Part shown: positions 35,678 through 44,458 of the stretch, in pieces | Layout: the number at the start of each line of letters is the position of its first letter | Position numbering within the stretch: the stretch's first letter is position 1 | Assembly (NCBI GenBank): GCA_018220935.1 | Contig: JAAOXU010000002.1 | Location: forward strand, 7,664 to 71,663 | Length of the DNA: 64,000 nt | Reading direction: 5' to 3' | From: Candidatus Altiarchaeota archaeon | GTDB lineage: Archaea; SpSt-1190 | Notes under the pieces: generated by a model | The model's database searches: none | What the model saw: only the letters and a program-made list of their open reading frames with translations | What the model was told of the DNA's origin: nothing | Made by a program: the position numbers and the translations under genes

Positions 35678-36130
35678 ATGGTGAGTGATTTATCCGATAA
35701 ACAGCTTAATTCACACCCACTTGAGGGTGAAACTTACTCAAACTTAGAGCTTATGCTAGATAAATTACAAGACGAGTATGGACTGAAGCTTCGGGATTGG
35801 GTTAATCCTGATCGTCCTGGTTTTGAATTGAATTCTCAAGTACCTACAAGTTTTGTTAAACTTTCAAAAGGTAAAATTGAGTTTGGAGTCCATAAAAATA
35901 AAGTGGTGATGGATAGTATACATGCTATCTATCCCGATAATATCCGTGCTGATAACTTTGTTTACTCAATTAAGTCAGACGGGCAAATGTCTGCCACTGA
36001 ACTTAAAAAATTAAAATTTAGTCCAAACACAACATACGCTTTAATTTTCCCAAAACTTGAAAGTGATGGGGAACGTTCAGTTATGGCTTTAGTCAGAAAA
36101 GACGTGGGGTACACTAAGATTAATTATTGA
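35678..36130 (+). CDS. Hypothetical protein (paralogue of the previous ORF)
   Basis: See 35021-35614. Confidence 0.45.
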   Translation: MVSDLSDKQLNSHPLEGETYSNLELMLDKLQDEYGLKLRDWVNPDRPGFELNSQVPTSFVKLSKGKIEFGVHKNKVVMDSIHAIYPDNIRADNFVYSIKSDGQMSATELKKLKFSPNTTYALIFPKLESDGERSVMALVRKDVGYTKINY

Positions 36131-36159
36131 GGCTGGCAAAACTAATTAAAAAAATTTAG

Positions 36160-36744
36160 TTACTGCTTGTCAACCCACTTACCAAAGTCTTCGCCTTTTG
36201 CTTCGATGATTTCTGCTGCCATAATCACAAGTTGTCTTGCTGGCATTGCTCCAAAACTCTCAGCGTAAAATTCAAAAGTCTCTTCATTTAGTTGCTTGTA
36301 GAATGCATGACCTGCTTGCCACTTACTGTGTTCTTTAGCAGTTCCAACTATTGCCCATGCTTCTAATTCTATTGCTTGCCCATCAACCATTTTAACTAAT
36401 GGAATATCTGGGAATGCTGGTATAATTTCTGGATCCATAGGTTGTAGATCTCTACTGTATAAGGTTCCAGGTCCTTCACCCTTTAATACAAAAGCAACTT
36501 TGAAGTTTTTCTTACCCATATAATTTTCTGGGTCAGCTCTAATTGGGATTAATCCAAGTCTTAGTCCTAACATCTCATCATACACGACTGAATTATTTTT
36601 AACAAGATTAATATCTTCAATTGAAAGCACTGGAACTTCAGTAGTAATAACTCTTCGTAATGCATTGACAAAACTCACTGGAGCTTTTATCTTGAATCTA
36701 ATCCAGCTAACTGGTTCTTTACCTTCTTTAATTGCTTCAATCAT
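36160..36744 (-). CDS. rpoD: DNA-directed RNA polymerase subunit D (Rpo3)
   Basis: ..FVNALRRVITTEVPVLSIEDI..YDEMLGLRLGLIPI.., in the conserved position after S13-S4-S11. Confidence 0.85.
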   Translation of the reverse strand: MIEAIKEGKEPVSWIRFKIKAPVSFVNALRRVITTEVPVLSIEDINLVKNNSVVYDEMLGLRLGLIPIRADPENYMGKKNFKVAFVLKGEGPGTLYSRDLQPMDPEIIPAFPDIPLVKMVDGQAIELEAWAIVGTAKEHSKWQAGHAFYKQLNEETFEFYAESFGAMPARQLVIMAAEIIEAKGEDFGKWVDKQ

Positions 36745-36774
36745 TTTTTCACCCTTTTCCCTAATTACAGGGAA

Positions 36775-37170
36775 CTATAATCTTCTACCTCGCCTTCCGC
36801 CAGCTTTTCTTGTAGTATCATGAGGTATAGGGGTCACGTCTTCAATTTTACCAATTTTAAGACCTGCTCTTGCAAGTGCTCTTATTGCTGGTTGTGCACC
36901 TGCTCCTGGGTTTTTAGTCTTATGACCACCTGGAGCTCTAACTTGAACATGAACGCCACCAATGCCTTTTTCAATAGCTTCCTCAGCAGCGCTTCTTGCA
37001 GCAGTCATTGCAGCGTATGGTGTTCCTTCCATTCTGTCTGCCTTAACTACTCTTCCACCACTCCATCGGCTAATGGTTTCACTTTTTGTTATATCTGTAA
37101 TATGAATTAAAGTGTTATTTTTACTCGAATAAATATTTGCAATTCCCCACTTTAGTTTTTTCTCTGCCAT
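36775..37170 (-). CDS. rps11: Ribosomal protein uS11
   Basis: [20 protein letters not shown].. and C-terminal ..[16 protein letters not shown]. Confidence 0.9.
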   Translation of the reverse strand: MAEKKLKWGIANIYSSKNNTLIHITDITKSETISRWSGGRVVKADRMEGTPYAAMTAARSAAEEAIEKGIGGVHVQVRAPGGHKTKNPGAGAQPAIRALARAGLKIGKIEDVTPIPHDTTRKAGGRRGRRL

Positions 37171-38016
37171 CTATTTACTCTCCTCTTTTTTCTCTTCTAA
37201 TTCGACAGGTTTTTCTTCAGTAACTACCTCAACCTTGTCTTTTTCTGCCTTTTCTTCCACTTCGGTTTTAGTGGGGTCTTCTTTCTTTTCTTTAGCTTCA
37301 ACTGCCACCTCTTCCTTTACCTCTTTCACTTCAACTTTTTCCTTTTCTTCAGTTTCAGTTGTAGTCTTAGCTGGTTTTTCTTCAGCTTTACTTTCACTTG
37401 ACTTTTCTTTAGTCTCTTTAACTGGAGCTTTATCTTCAGTTGTAGTCTTAGCTGGTTTTTCAGCTTGCTTTTCAGTTTTATTATCAAATTGATTTTCAGG
37501 TGTCTTTTCCCCTTTTGCCTTTTCATTTGGAGGATTTCTTAAGGGGTGTTTGGGGTCGTTTATTGCTGACCTATCATTGTACTTGACTGTCTTTTCTTCC
37601 TCAACACTAACAATATGGCCAGGTATATCCATTACATTACCGTTTATGGTCACGTGTCCGTGTGTAATTAATTGTCTTGCTTGAACTGGAGTAAAAGCCA
37701 AACCCTTTCGTAAAACTATAGTTTGTAATCGTCTCTCAAGTATGCCTTCAACTCTTAGACTGAGTATATCGTCGAGTGTTGCTTCTTTTGTAAAAATACC
37801 TAATTTTGAAAGTTTGGAGAATAATTCTTCTCTTCCCGTCTCTTCAGTAAAAAGTCTTCTTGCCCTAGCTCTGAATTTTCGAACAACATCCTTTGCTTTC
37901 CAAAGTTCACGTTTATTCTTTAATCCAAATTCTTTTTTGAGCTTAGCTTCTTCTTCCAAACGGGACTTGTCCCATCGCTTAAACGGCCTTGTATACATTT
38001 TTCTCTGTCTTTTCAC
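37171..38016 (-). CDS. rps4: Ribosomal protein uS4 with a ~115-aa Lys/Glu/Thr-rich C-terminal extension
   Basis: The N-terminal ~165 aa are typical archaeal uS4 (S4 RNA-binding domain ..RRLQTIV..LA.T..QARQLI.HGH..). The tail contains repeats of EKPAKTTTE. Confidence 0.85.
   Translation of the reverse strand: MKRQRKMYTRPFKRWDKSRLEEEAKLKKEFGLKNKRELWKAKDVVRKFRARARRLFTEETGREELFSKLSKLGIFTKEATLDDILSLRVEGILERRLQTIVLRKGLAFTPVQARQLITHGHVTINGNVMDIPGHIVSVEEEKTVKYNDRSAINDPKHPLRNPPNEKAKGEKTPENQFDNKTEKQAEKPAKTTTEDKAPVKETKEKSSESKAEEKPAKTTTETEEKEKVEVKEVKEEVAVEAKEKKEDPTKTEVEEKAEKDKVEVVTEEKPVELEEKKEESK
37174..37540 (-). repeat. Low-complexity/tandem repeat region encoding the uS4 tail
   Basis: The exact 26-mer TCAGTTGTAGTCTTAGCTGGTTTTTC occurs at 37355-37380 and 37436-37461 (offset 81 nt = 27 codons). 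Confidence 0.8.
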
Positions 38017-38477
38017 TACTTACCACCTGTTGGCTTCATGCCTTTCTTTCTGTGAACTCCCAGAGCTTTACCACTTCGTCTACCTGTACTCTTGGTGCGT
38101 TGACCTCTTACACGGAGACCGAATGCGTGTCTCATACCTCTGTAGGCCTTTCGTTTCTTTAGATAATCAAGATCTTCCTTTTGTTTAATCATCAAATCTG
38201 AGGATATTAAATGTTCATCTTTACCAGTTCTAGGGTCAAATTTTCTATTTACGGCCCAAGTTGGTAAACCTTTAATCTCCATTAAGAAGTCTTCAAGTTT
38301 TGTGAGTTCGTCGTCTTCAAACATCCCAATTTGTTTATTTGGGTCTAATTTCATTAATTTAATTATGGAGTTTGACGTGACAAATCCAATTCCTTTAACC
38401 TTAGTCAAGGCTATTCTAACTGGTGTCTTTCCTTTCAATTCTGCCGCTGCCAAGCGGACTATGTGTCTAAACTCCAC
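38016..38477 (-). CDS. rps13: Ribosomal protein uS13
   Basis: ..IVRLAAAELKGKTPVRIALTKVKGIG..; GTG start. Confidence 0.9.
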   Translation of the reverse strand: MEFRHIVRLAAAELKGKTPVRIALTKVKGIGFVTSNSIIKLMKLDPNKQIGMFEDDELTKLEDFLMEIKGLPTWAVNRKFDPRTGKDEHLISSDLMIKQKEDLDYLKKRKAYRGMRHAFGLRVRGQRTKSTGRRSGKALGVHRKKGMKPTGGK

Positions 38478-38497
38478 ATCTCACACCAATTTCACCG

Positions 38498-38505
38498 AAT
38501 ATAAG
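38498..38505 (-). promoter_or_regulatory. TATA-like box for the S13-S4-S11-RpoD operon
   Basis: CTTATATT on the minus strand, 21-28 nt upstream of the GTG at 38477. Confidence 0.4.
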
Positions 38506-38513
38506 TATTACGG

Positions 38514-39110
38514 TTACCTCCTTGGTTGGAAGACAAATAAGAAATACTTCTCATCTCCTTCAAGTTCTGCGAGTATTCTCTCCTTTATGCCCTTCTTTGG
38601 ATCTGTAATTAGAGGTAATCGCTTTTTTATGTCTGCTAAACTAGTAAACGGCTTTCTTCGGTTCTCAATAATATCCCACATATGTTTTTTCCCAATACCT
38701 GGTATTAATTCAAGGCTGTGCATCCTTGTAGTTATGGGGGATGCTTTATTGAAAAAGTTAGTAAAGTCAGCTTCGCTCTCTATTATGATTTTTTCAATAG
38801 CCTCTTCCAATTCAGATCTGGCTGCTGAACTCAAATCACCACTATTAATTCTAACCCATGCAGGGATAGTGGTTTTATCACCCAGATCAACTTCATCTCC
38901 CAATTTTAGGGCTTTTTCTGGGGATGCAACTGCAACCATCAGCATAAGCCTATCTTTTGACAACATAAATGCTAAAGGTGTGTTAAGATAACCTCCTCTA
39001 ACTATACGCATACCACGTTTTCTAAGCTGTGAGTCCACTTCTTGCGTTAATGTAAATGGGGCTCCACTTGGTAGTATATCTAATACAACTGCTTTTTCCA
39101 TTTTTTTCAC
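38514..39110 (-). CDS. DUF655 / COG1491 predicted nucleic-acid-binding protein
   Basis: OB-like N-terminal part (AVVLDILPSG..) and a helix-hairpin-helix (LELIPGIGKKHMWDIIENR). It shows the conserved archaeal synteny L21e-RpoF-DUF655. Confidence 0.7.
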   Translation of the reverse strand: MKKMEKAVVLDILPSGAPFTLTQEVDSQLRKRGMRIVRGGYLNTPLAFMLSKDRLMLMVAVASPEKALKLGDEVDLGDKTTIPAWVRINSGDLSSAARSELEEAIEKIIIESEADFTNFFNKASPITTRMHSLELIPGIGKKHMWDIIENRRKPFTSLADIKKRLPLITDPKKGIKERILAELEGDEKYFLFVFQPRR

Positions 39111-39436
39111 CTATATTTGCCTAAAAGTTCAATGACTTTGTCTGTATCGGCCTTACTTAATGCTAAATCTTCTTTAGCAAAAACGGCTCTCAGCTCCTCT
39201 GCAGTCCTTGGCATAATGTCAATTAATTTTACAATATTACGTGGTTTAATTCTGGGAATTCCTGCTTCATTTAGTTCTTCAAAAAGCTCATCGGCTTTCT
39301 CACCGTTCAATTTTGCAAATTTGTTCACGTATTCAAAAGCCAAGTTTTGTTCATAATTTTTCTTCTTGACCTTAGTCAAGATCTCCTTTGCCTTTGCAAC
39401 GCTAACTGGTTTCTTTTCAATAATATCCCCAAACAT
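39107..39436 (-). CDS. rpoF: DNA-directed RNA polymerase subunit F (Rpo4)
   Basis: 109 aa; ..VAKAKEIL.., ..FAKLNGEKADELFEEL.., ..KLIDIMPRTAEELRAVFAKE.. matches the Rpo4 pattern; synteny supports it. Confidence 0.75.
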   Translation of the reverse strand: MFGDIIEKKPVSVAKAKEILTKVKKKNYEQNLAFEYVNKFAKLNGEKADELFEELNEAGIPRIKPRNIVKLIDIMPRTAEELRAVFAKEDLALSKADTDKVIELLGKYR

Positions 39437-39723
39437 TACATCACCCTCTTTAAGTGTACGGGATGGCTGATTAAAGTTTTAGTCTTGCCACCGTCTGTAA
39501 GCTCAACTAGATAGGCGGTTCCACGCTTACCCTTGATTGAGCCAATATTTCCGTGAAATCTTGGAAATGGCATCGCGCTATGTATACTAGGTTCAATTTT
39601 GATTACAACCTTGTCGCCGACTTCAAAGGTCTTTAGCATACTGTTTGGTTTAGGCATGCCTCGTACCTTCTTCTGTAATTTATGTCTAGTCCTTGCTCTT
39701 GGACCCTTTGCTTTGAATGCCAT
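39436..39723 (-). CDS. rpl21e: Ribosomal protein eL21
   Basis: ..RTRHKLQKKVRGMP..FEVGDKVVIKIEPSIHSAMPFPRFHGNIGSI.. Confidence 0.9.
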   Translation of the reverse strand: MAFKAKGPRARTRHKLQKKVRGMPKPNSMLKTFEVGDKVVIKIEPSIHSAMPFPRFHGNIGSIKGKRGTAYLVELTDGGKTKTLISHPVHLKRVM

Positions 39724-40210
39724 TTTCTTTCACCACGTACTCTGTAACTTTTACGTCACCTTTTATAACTATTGTTGTGAAGCTGGCAAGTCCTTTAACA
39801 GGTCCACTGGGCGCCCCTGTGGCTGAACCTGGGTTTACAACTAGTATATTGTCTTTTACAAAGTGCTCCTGCTTATGTGTATGTCCACAAACTAAAATAT
39901 CGTGTCCGTGAGCATACTTAGTTAACGAATCATAATTCCCGCGTCCAAATTGGTGGCCATGAATTAACATAATTTTCTTATTGCCGAATTTGAGGCTGTG
40001 CATTGGGGGTGCGTCCGTTTCATCCATGTTTCCCTTTACTGCATAAACTTCCCCCAGTGTTCTTAAAAAAAAGAGAGTTGAAAAATCAGTTGCGTCTCCC
40101 GTAAACAAAATTGCATTTGGAACTTCTTCTCGAATAAAATTAAGTATATGCTTGTTCAGGACTTTTTCTCTGTCGGGTATATGTGTGTCCCCTAATGCAA
40201 CAATTAGCAT
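39686..40210 (-). CDS. YfcE/MJ0936-type metallophosphoesterase
   Basis: Motifs GDTH, GDATD, GNMD, HGH, GHTH in order. The 3' end overlaps the rpl21e start. Confidence 0.8.
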   Translation of the reverse strand: MLIVALGDTHIPDREKVLNKHILNFIREEVPNAILFTGDATDFSTLFFLRTLGEVYAVKGNMDETDAPPMHSLKFGNKKIMLIHGHQFGRGNYDSLTKYAHGHDILVCGHTHKQEHFVKDNILVVNPGSATGAPSGPVKGLASFTTIVIKGDVKVTEYVVKENGIQSKGSKSKD

Positions 40211-40242
40211 TTTCTTCTTGGCCGTAGTGCTTAAATTAACCT

Positions 40243-40893
40243 TTGCATCTTAATACTATGATTAATGCAGTTATTTTTGATATGGATGGAGTTATTTCAG
40301 ATACACAAAAAGTTCATGCGGGAACAGAATCTAAACTCCTTCAGGATTTAGGTGTTACAGTTTCTCCTGATGAAATTACTAAAAGGTTTGCTGGTGTGCC
40401 TGATAGTGAAACTTTTAGAGTTCTTTTAGAAGAGAATGGAAAGTCTGCAGATATACAATCTTTACTTACACAAAAAATGGAAATTTTTGAAGCTACTCTT
40501 AGATCTGGAGTTGATGAAATTTTAGGCTCAGTAAATTTGATTACTTGGCTTCATGAAAAACGAGTACCTCTTGCAGTTGCAACTTCACTAAAGCGGAGTC
40601 TAATGGAAATTGTTCTTGATGAACTTCATATACGCGAATTTTTTACTGCAACTGTTCCAGGGGATGAAGTATCAAAAGGAAAACCTGATCCTGAGATTTT
40701 TTTGAAAGCAGCCAAACTACTAGGTGTAAAACCAGAAGACTGCATAGTTATTGAAGACGGCAAAAGTGGACTAAAGGGTGCAAAAAAAGCTGGAATGAAA
40801 ACGATTGGTCTTGGTGACCACGTTAGTGGACTTGGTGACTTTTCTGCTAAAACCCCCCTTGAAATTAAGGCGCACTTGAATAGTTTGATTTAA
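40243..40893 (+). CDS. HAD-superfamily hydrolase (beta-phosphoglucomutase-like subfamily IA)
   Basis: Motif I FDMDGVISDT, motif II ATS, and motif III/IV K..EDGKSG. Confidence 0.75.
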   Translation: MHLNTMINAVIFDMDGVISDTQKVHAGTESKLLQDLGVTVSPDEITKRFAGVPDSETFRVLLEENGKSADIQSLLTQKMEIFEATLRSGVDEILGSVNLITWLHEKRVPLAVATSLKRSLMEIVLDELHIREFFTATVPGDEVSKGKPDPEIFLKAAKLLGVKPEDCIVIEDGKSGLKGAKKAGMKTIGLGDHVSGLGDFSAKTPLEIKAHLNSLI

Positions 40894-41959
40894 TTGGAAC
40901 TTGTTGGGTGTAATCTGTAAATGCTGGTTGTTCTGTTGGTATGAGTTCTTGTGACCTTAATTTGTTATTTTGTATAAACTCAACTACTTCTTGAAAACTA
41001 GGTCTATAACCATTGGCTACTAAAAATCCACCACTGGCGTTTGCAAACTTTAGTAAAGCATCCCCCTTTAGTTTTTTGTAATGACCATAAATGAAACCGG
41101 CGTTCCAAGTGTCTCCAGCGCCTGTAGTTCTTATTTCTTTAATATTATAGGTTGGAACAACTTGACCTTCCATCCACGAGTAGTCTTTACTGTGCATCAA
41201 AATTTTGGTTTTTTTAAGTTCTTTTTGAAGTACTTTTGCAGAGTCGAGAGGGGAAATTCTGTATAAATCTAAAACACTTTTGGCACTACCATAATCGTAT
41301 TCGTTTTCTATAGCATACGCGAATTGTCTTACTTCATCTTCATTCATTGCCCAAAAGTCTAACCCTACGTCTTCAATAGTATCAACTAATTCTCTAAGCT
41401 CCCCTAAATCCTTTCCTGAGACGTCTCCCGCTTCAAGAAATGTGTAGGTACCACTTGCTTTTGCAAGTTGCGTGACTTCTCTTAATAATTCAGTACCATA
41501 TGTGTTTACACCCCAATTTCCAACTAAAACATAATCAGATTCGTTAATTTTTTCTATGTCTTTTGAGGTTAAGTCGCTTGGCCCAAATTCTGAATTTGAA
41601 TCAAGGTCTGAATCAATCATAATTTTTACAAGTTCTCCTTCTTTGTTTGTGCTTTCAATTACTATACTCTTTCCTGGTACTCCGTTTTTTCTAACTAACG
41701 ATAAGTCAGTTTTAGGTAGCCATTCTTCCAGTTGACTGTATGCATGATTGTCAACACTAGTTATTAGGGTAGTTTCTGCGCCGAGTTTACTTAAACCCTC
41801 AATTGCGCTTGTGGCGTAGCCCCCGAGTCGTTTTATCATACGCTTTCTTATGTTTCCACCTTGTTGGGTTAGACTTTCTAATTCGTGATCCGATAAGTCC
41901 AAAATAAAACGATCTGTGTAAAAGTCATGTAAACCCAGTATTTTTGGTTGTATTGTCAC
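40865..41959 (-). CDS. PfkB-family carbohydrate/nucleoside kinase
   Basis: C-terminal PfkB signature TTGAGDTWNAGFIY. Substrate unknown. Confidence 0.55.
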   Translation of the reverse strand: MTIQPKILGLHDFYTDRFILDLSDHELESLTQQGGNIRKRMIKRLGGYATSAIEGLSKLGAETTLITSVDNHAYSQLEEWLPKTDLSLVRKNGVPGKSIVIESTNKEGELVKIMIDSDLDSNSEFGPSDLTSKDIEKINESDYVLVGNWGVNTYGTELLREVTQLAKASGTYTFLEAGDVSGKDLGELRELVDTIEDVGLDFWAMNEDEVRQFAYAIENEYDYGSAKSVLDLYRISPLDSAKVLQKELKKTKILMHSKDYSWMEGQVVPTYNIKEIRTTGAGDTWNAGFIYGHYKKLKGDALLKFANASGGFLVANGYRPSFQEVVEFIQNNKLRSQELIPTEQPAFTDYTQQVPIKSNYSSAP

Positions 41960-42015
41960 GTCTTATCAAATCCCTTATGTAAAGAAACTTAAATAACTTC
42001 GGCTAGGCTTTTTTT

Positions 42016-43236
42016 GTGAGTATCTTTACAAAAAATATTATTCCAACTAAGCCACCCTTGGTAAGGGGGGATGGGATTTTTGTATATGATACTTCTGGTA
42101 AAAAATATCTTGATGGCTGTTCACAAACTCTCAATTTAAGTCTAGGGCATAATCATCCTAAAATAGTTAGTGCTACTAAAAAACAAATTGACCAGATTTA
42201 TTATGTTTCTTCTAGGTTTATGAGTCCTTCAATCTTTGAGTTGTCTCAAGCTTTAGTAAAAATAAGCCCAATTAATTTGACAAAAATTAATATTAAAGAT
42301 GTTTCGGGGAGTTTGGCAAACGAAGCTGCAATAAAATCTGCCAGAAAATACTCCGGTAAAAAAACCATTCTTTCTCTTGATTCAAGTCATATTGGTCAAT
42401 CAATTGAGATGTTACGTGCATCTGGGGATGCAAATCTTGATTATATTGGAAAAGATGGCTACAAAATGGTTAAACCCCCCTATTGTCCTGGATTCTTGTC
42501 ACATTCAGAAAAAGAAGACCTTACCAATCTTGCTTTGACTGAGGTTGAAAAAATTATTCAAGACTCTGCTGGGATAATAATTGAACCAATAATGGTTAGT
42601 TCTGGTGTTCTTGTACTTCCAAAACAATACATTAAAGGTGTTAGAAAATTAACTAAAAAACATAATTCTGCGCTTATTTTTGATGAGATTCAAACAGCTT
42701 TTGGCTGGATGGGTGAGGTTTTTGCTGCTGATTATTTTGGTGTTTCCCCTGATATCATGACGCTAAGTAAAGGACTTTCTGGTGGTTTTCCTCTTGCTGC
42801 AAGTTTATTTAGTGAAAAATATGATGTTCTAGACTATGGGGAACATGAGTTTACTTATGGTGCTCATCCTGTGTCTTGTGCCGCGGCCTTAGAAGTTCTA
42901 AAAGTTATGAAAGATGGTAAAACACTAAAACACGTTAAAAAAATGGGAGATTTATCTCAAAAATTACTTTTAGAGATTAAGGATGAATTTGATGTAGTTT
43001 ATGACGTCAGAGGTGTGGGGTTAATACGTGGTATTGAGTTTTATGACCAAAATAAACCTTCTAAAAAGTTAAGGGACAAAGTAGAAGAAAATTGCTTTAA
43101 CAATGGTCTGATTTTAAGAAATTCCTCTAGTAATCATAAGAACGTTCTCATATTCAAACCACCAATAATAATTATTGAAGAAGAAATTACTTCTGCAATG
43201 GAAATTTTAAGAACATCAATCCGAAAATCCCTTTAG
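42016..43236 (+). CDS. Class-III PLP-dependent aminotransferase
   Basis: ..FDEIQTAFGWMGEVFA..DIMTLSKGLSGGFPL.. (PLP lysine). Confidence 0.75.
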   Translation: MSIFTKNIIPTKPPLVRGDGIFVYDTSGKKYLDGCSQTLNLSLGHNHPKIVSATKKQIDQIYYVSSRFMSPSIFELSQALVKISPINLTKINIKDVSGSLANEAAIKSARKYSGKKTILSLDSSHIGQSIEMLRASGDANLDYIGKDGYKMVKPPYCPGFLSHSEKEDLTNLALTEVEKIIQDSAGIIIEPIMVSSGVLVLPKQYIKGVRKLTKKHNSALIFDEIQTAFGWMGEVFAADYFGVSPDIMTLSKGLSGGFPLAASLFSEKYDVLDYGEHEFTYGAHPVSCAAALEVLKVMKDGKTLKHVKKMGDLSQKLLLEIKDEFDVVYDVRGVGLIRGIEFYDQNKPSKKLRDKVEENCFNNGLILRNSSSNHKNVLIFKPPIIIIEEEITSAMEILRTSIRKSL

Positions 43237-43271
43237 TAAGACATATAAGCAAAACATGGCTTCTTGGCCAA

Positions 43272-43658
43272 ATGGGTGATAATAAATGGGGAAACCAAAG
43301 GGTTATGAAAAGTTATCAAAAAAGCAGGATAAATGTACTTGAGTACTTAGGTGGCTCTGGAATTACTCATCTTAACACTATGACTGATGATTTCATGTCT
43401 TCAGTAACTGAACCTTATAATATTGAGGTTGTTGAAATTTTTCATAAATACGCGTCCAATAAAGACATACTAATTGACGCTATTATGGCTGCAAAGAATG
43501 CAAATATATTCCCTACCAACATTTTGAGATACATTTCAATTAGAATTGAGGATGCTCTTGATAATACGAATGATTACTCAAACGTCTCTGATTTAGTAGA
43601 TAAAGCCGCGTCACGCGCGGTGAGAGACTTTTTAACGAATTGCTATGGTCGTAAATAA
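43272..43658 (+). CDS. Hypothetical protein
   Basis: 128-aa ORF with no recognisable motif. Confidence 0.35.
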   Translation: MGDNKWGNQRVMKSYQKSRINVLEYLGGSGITHLNTMTDDFMSSVTEPYNIEVVEIFHKYASNKDILIDAIMAAKNANIFPTNILRYISIRIEDALDNTNDYSNVSDLVDKAASRAVRDFLTNCYGRK

Positions 43659-43680
43659 TAGACTGCCTAAATAGACAAGT

Positions 43681-43687
43681 TTTTATT
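43681..43687 (+). promoter_or_regulatory. TATA-like box for the candidate box C/D sRNA
   Basis: TTTTATT lies 23-29 nt upstream of the C box. Confidence 0.35.
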
Positions 43688-43709
43688 CTTTCTTTACTTA
43701 TTTTCTTTA

Positions 43710-43766
43710 GTGATGACAGAATCCAATACTGACCCCACCGGGTGTGACGAATGATGGGCTGTCTGA
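43710..43766 (+). ncRNA. Candidate box C/D sRNA (2'-O-methylation guide)
   Basis: Located in a 147-nt intergenic gap. Layout: C box GUGAUGA (43710-16), 12-nt guide CAGAAUCCAAUA, D' CUGA (43729-32), 12-nt spacer, C' UGACGA (43745-50, one mismatch), 12-nt guide AUGAUGGGCUGU, D CUGA (43763-66). The 12-nt box spacing is the archaeal hallmark. The terminal stem is weak. Confidence 0.55.
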
Positions 43767-43805
43767 CCAACTTGAACCGAAACAAAATCCGAACTGATTT
43801 AATAC

Positions 43806-44183
43806 TTGAATTTGAATTTTTCGGTGGATAAAATTTACTTACATGCCTTTGGGTCTGAGTTTGACGGCAGTGATGCCGTTAAAGTGGCTACCTTTGAAGA
43901 TGGTACACCTTATTATGAAGATCATAATGGTGGGTTTCATATCAATCTCTATGATGACAAAGATGCTTTAATTCTCACTTATGCTTTGGGGGGCTTTGAC
44001 ATACAGGAAAAAACTTCTATGGTCTTTCGTGAAGTAGATTACCTGTTTTTTAAGATGAACACTGAAAATGGAGATTTTGGTACAAAACAAGATAATGGAG
44101 ACACTTTGTTTAATCCCGAAGAAACTGAAGATATCTACACCTTTCTAATTACGGGACTAAAAGGTCCAAACAATTATATTTAG
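43806..44183 (+). CDS. Hypothetical protein
   Basis: 125-aa ORF (TTG start in the track, so the true start is uncertain). No motif recognised. Confidence 0.35.
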   Translation: MNLNFSVDKIYLHAFGSEFDGSDAVKVATFEDGTPYYEDHNGGFHINLYDDKDALILTYALGGFDIQEKTSMVFREVDYLFFKMNTENGDFGTKQDNGDTLFNPEETEDIYTFLITGLKGPNNYI

Positions 44184-44225
44184 TCAAGCATTACAAACTT
44201 TTAGAAAAAGTTGGATTAAAACGTT

Positions 44226-44299
44226 GCGTCTGTCGTTCAGTTTGGCTAGGACTCTAGCTTCCCAAGCTAGTAACGCGGGTTCAAATCCCGCCAGGCGCA
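44226..44299 (+). tRNA. tRNA-Gly(CCC): tRNA-Gly(CCC)
   Basis: Manual cloverleaf: GCGUCUG-UC-GUUC-AGUUUGGCUA-GGAC-U-CUAGC-UUCCCAA-GCUAG-UAAC-GCGGG-UUCAAAU-CCCGC-CAGGCGC-A. It is 74 nt, with one G-U pair in the acceptor stem, no intron and no CCA. Confidence 0.85.
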
Positions 44300-44398
44300 T
44301 ACAAGCTTTTCTCACTCGCTTCGCTTGCTCCAAAACCTTGATCAAAAGGAGGTATCGGAACCTTGGTTCTGATTGGGTATCAAATCCCGCCAGGCGCA
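44300..44398 (+). repeat. 80-nt hairpin-family insert (44300-44379) followed by an exact duplicate of the tRNA-Gly 3' end (44380-44398)
   Basis: TCAAATCCCGCCAGGCGCA occurs at 44281-44299 and 44380-44398. The insert starts AAGCTTTTCTCACTC, contains GCTCCAAAAC, and has a 9-bp hairpin ATCGGAACC-TT-GGTTCTGAT. Confidence 0.8.
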
Positions 44399-44428
44399 CA
44401 TACTGTCTCTAGTTTGACGTGACAAAGG

Positions 44429-44438
44429 TTTATAATTA
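44429..44438 (+). promoter_or_regulatory. TATA-like box for the ChaC-like gene
   Basis: TTTATAATTA is centred ~26 nt upstream of ATG 44459. Confidence 0.4.
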
Positions 44439-44458
44439 GATCTTGACCTGATGAGCCT

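Noticed and set aside
38302-38991. 229-aa plus-strand ORF spanning rps13 and the DUF655 gene in antisense (similarly 37742-38188, 37235-37492, 18125-18604, 8196-8546, 16502-16840 and other short antisense ORFs)
   Set aside because: Each is fully overlapped by a strongly supported gene on the other strand. The Ser/Phe/Leu-rich translation is what the antisense of Lys/Glu-rich genes yields in AT-rich DNA.
44341-44360. Hairpin ATCGGAACC-TT-GGTTCTGAT plus the duplicated tRNA 3' end as a second (split or intron-containing) tRNA gene
   Set aside because: No 5' acceptor strand complementary to CAGGCGC exists between 44300 and 44379. The T stem is broken (TTGGGTATCAAATCCCGC), and the hairpin loop is too short for an anticodon loop.
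44184-44412. Track ORFs 44184-44399 (-) and 44224-44412 (+)
   Set aside because: They lie over tRNA-Gly, its duplicated 3' end and the repeat insert. They are explained by the GC-rich RNA and repeat sequence, not by coding.
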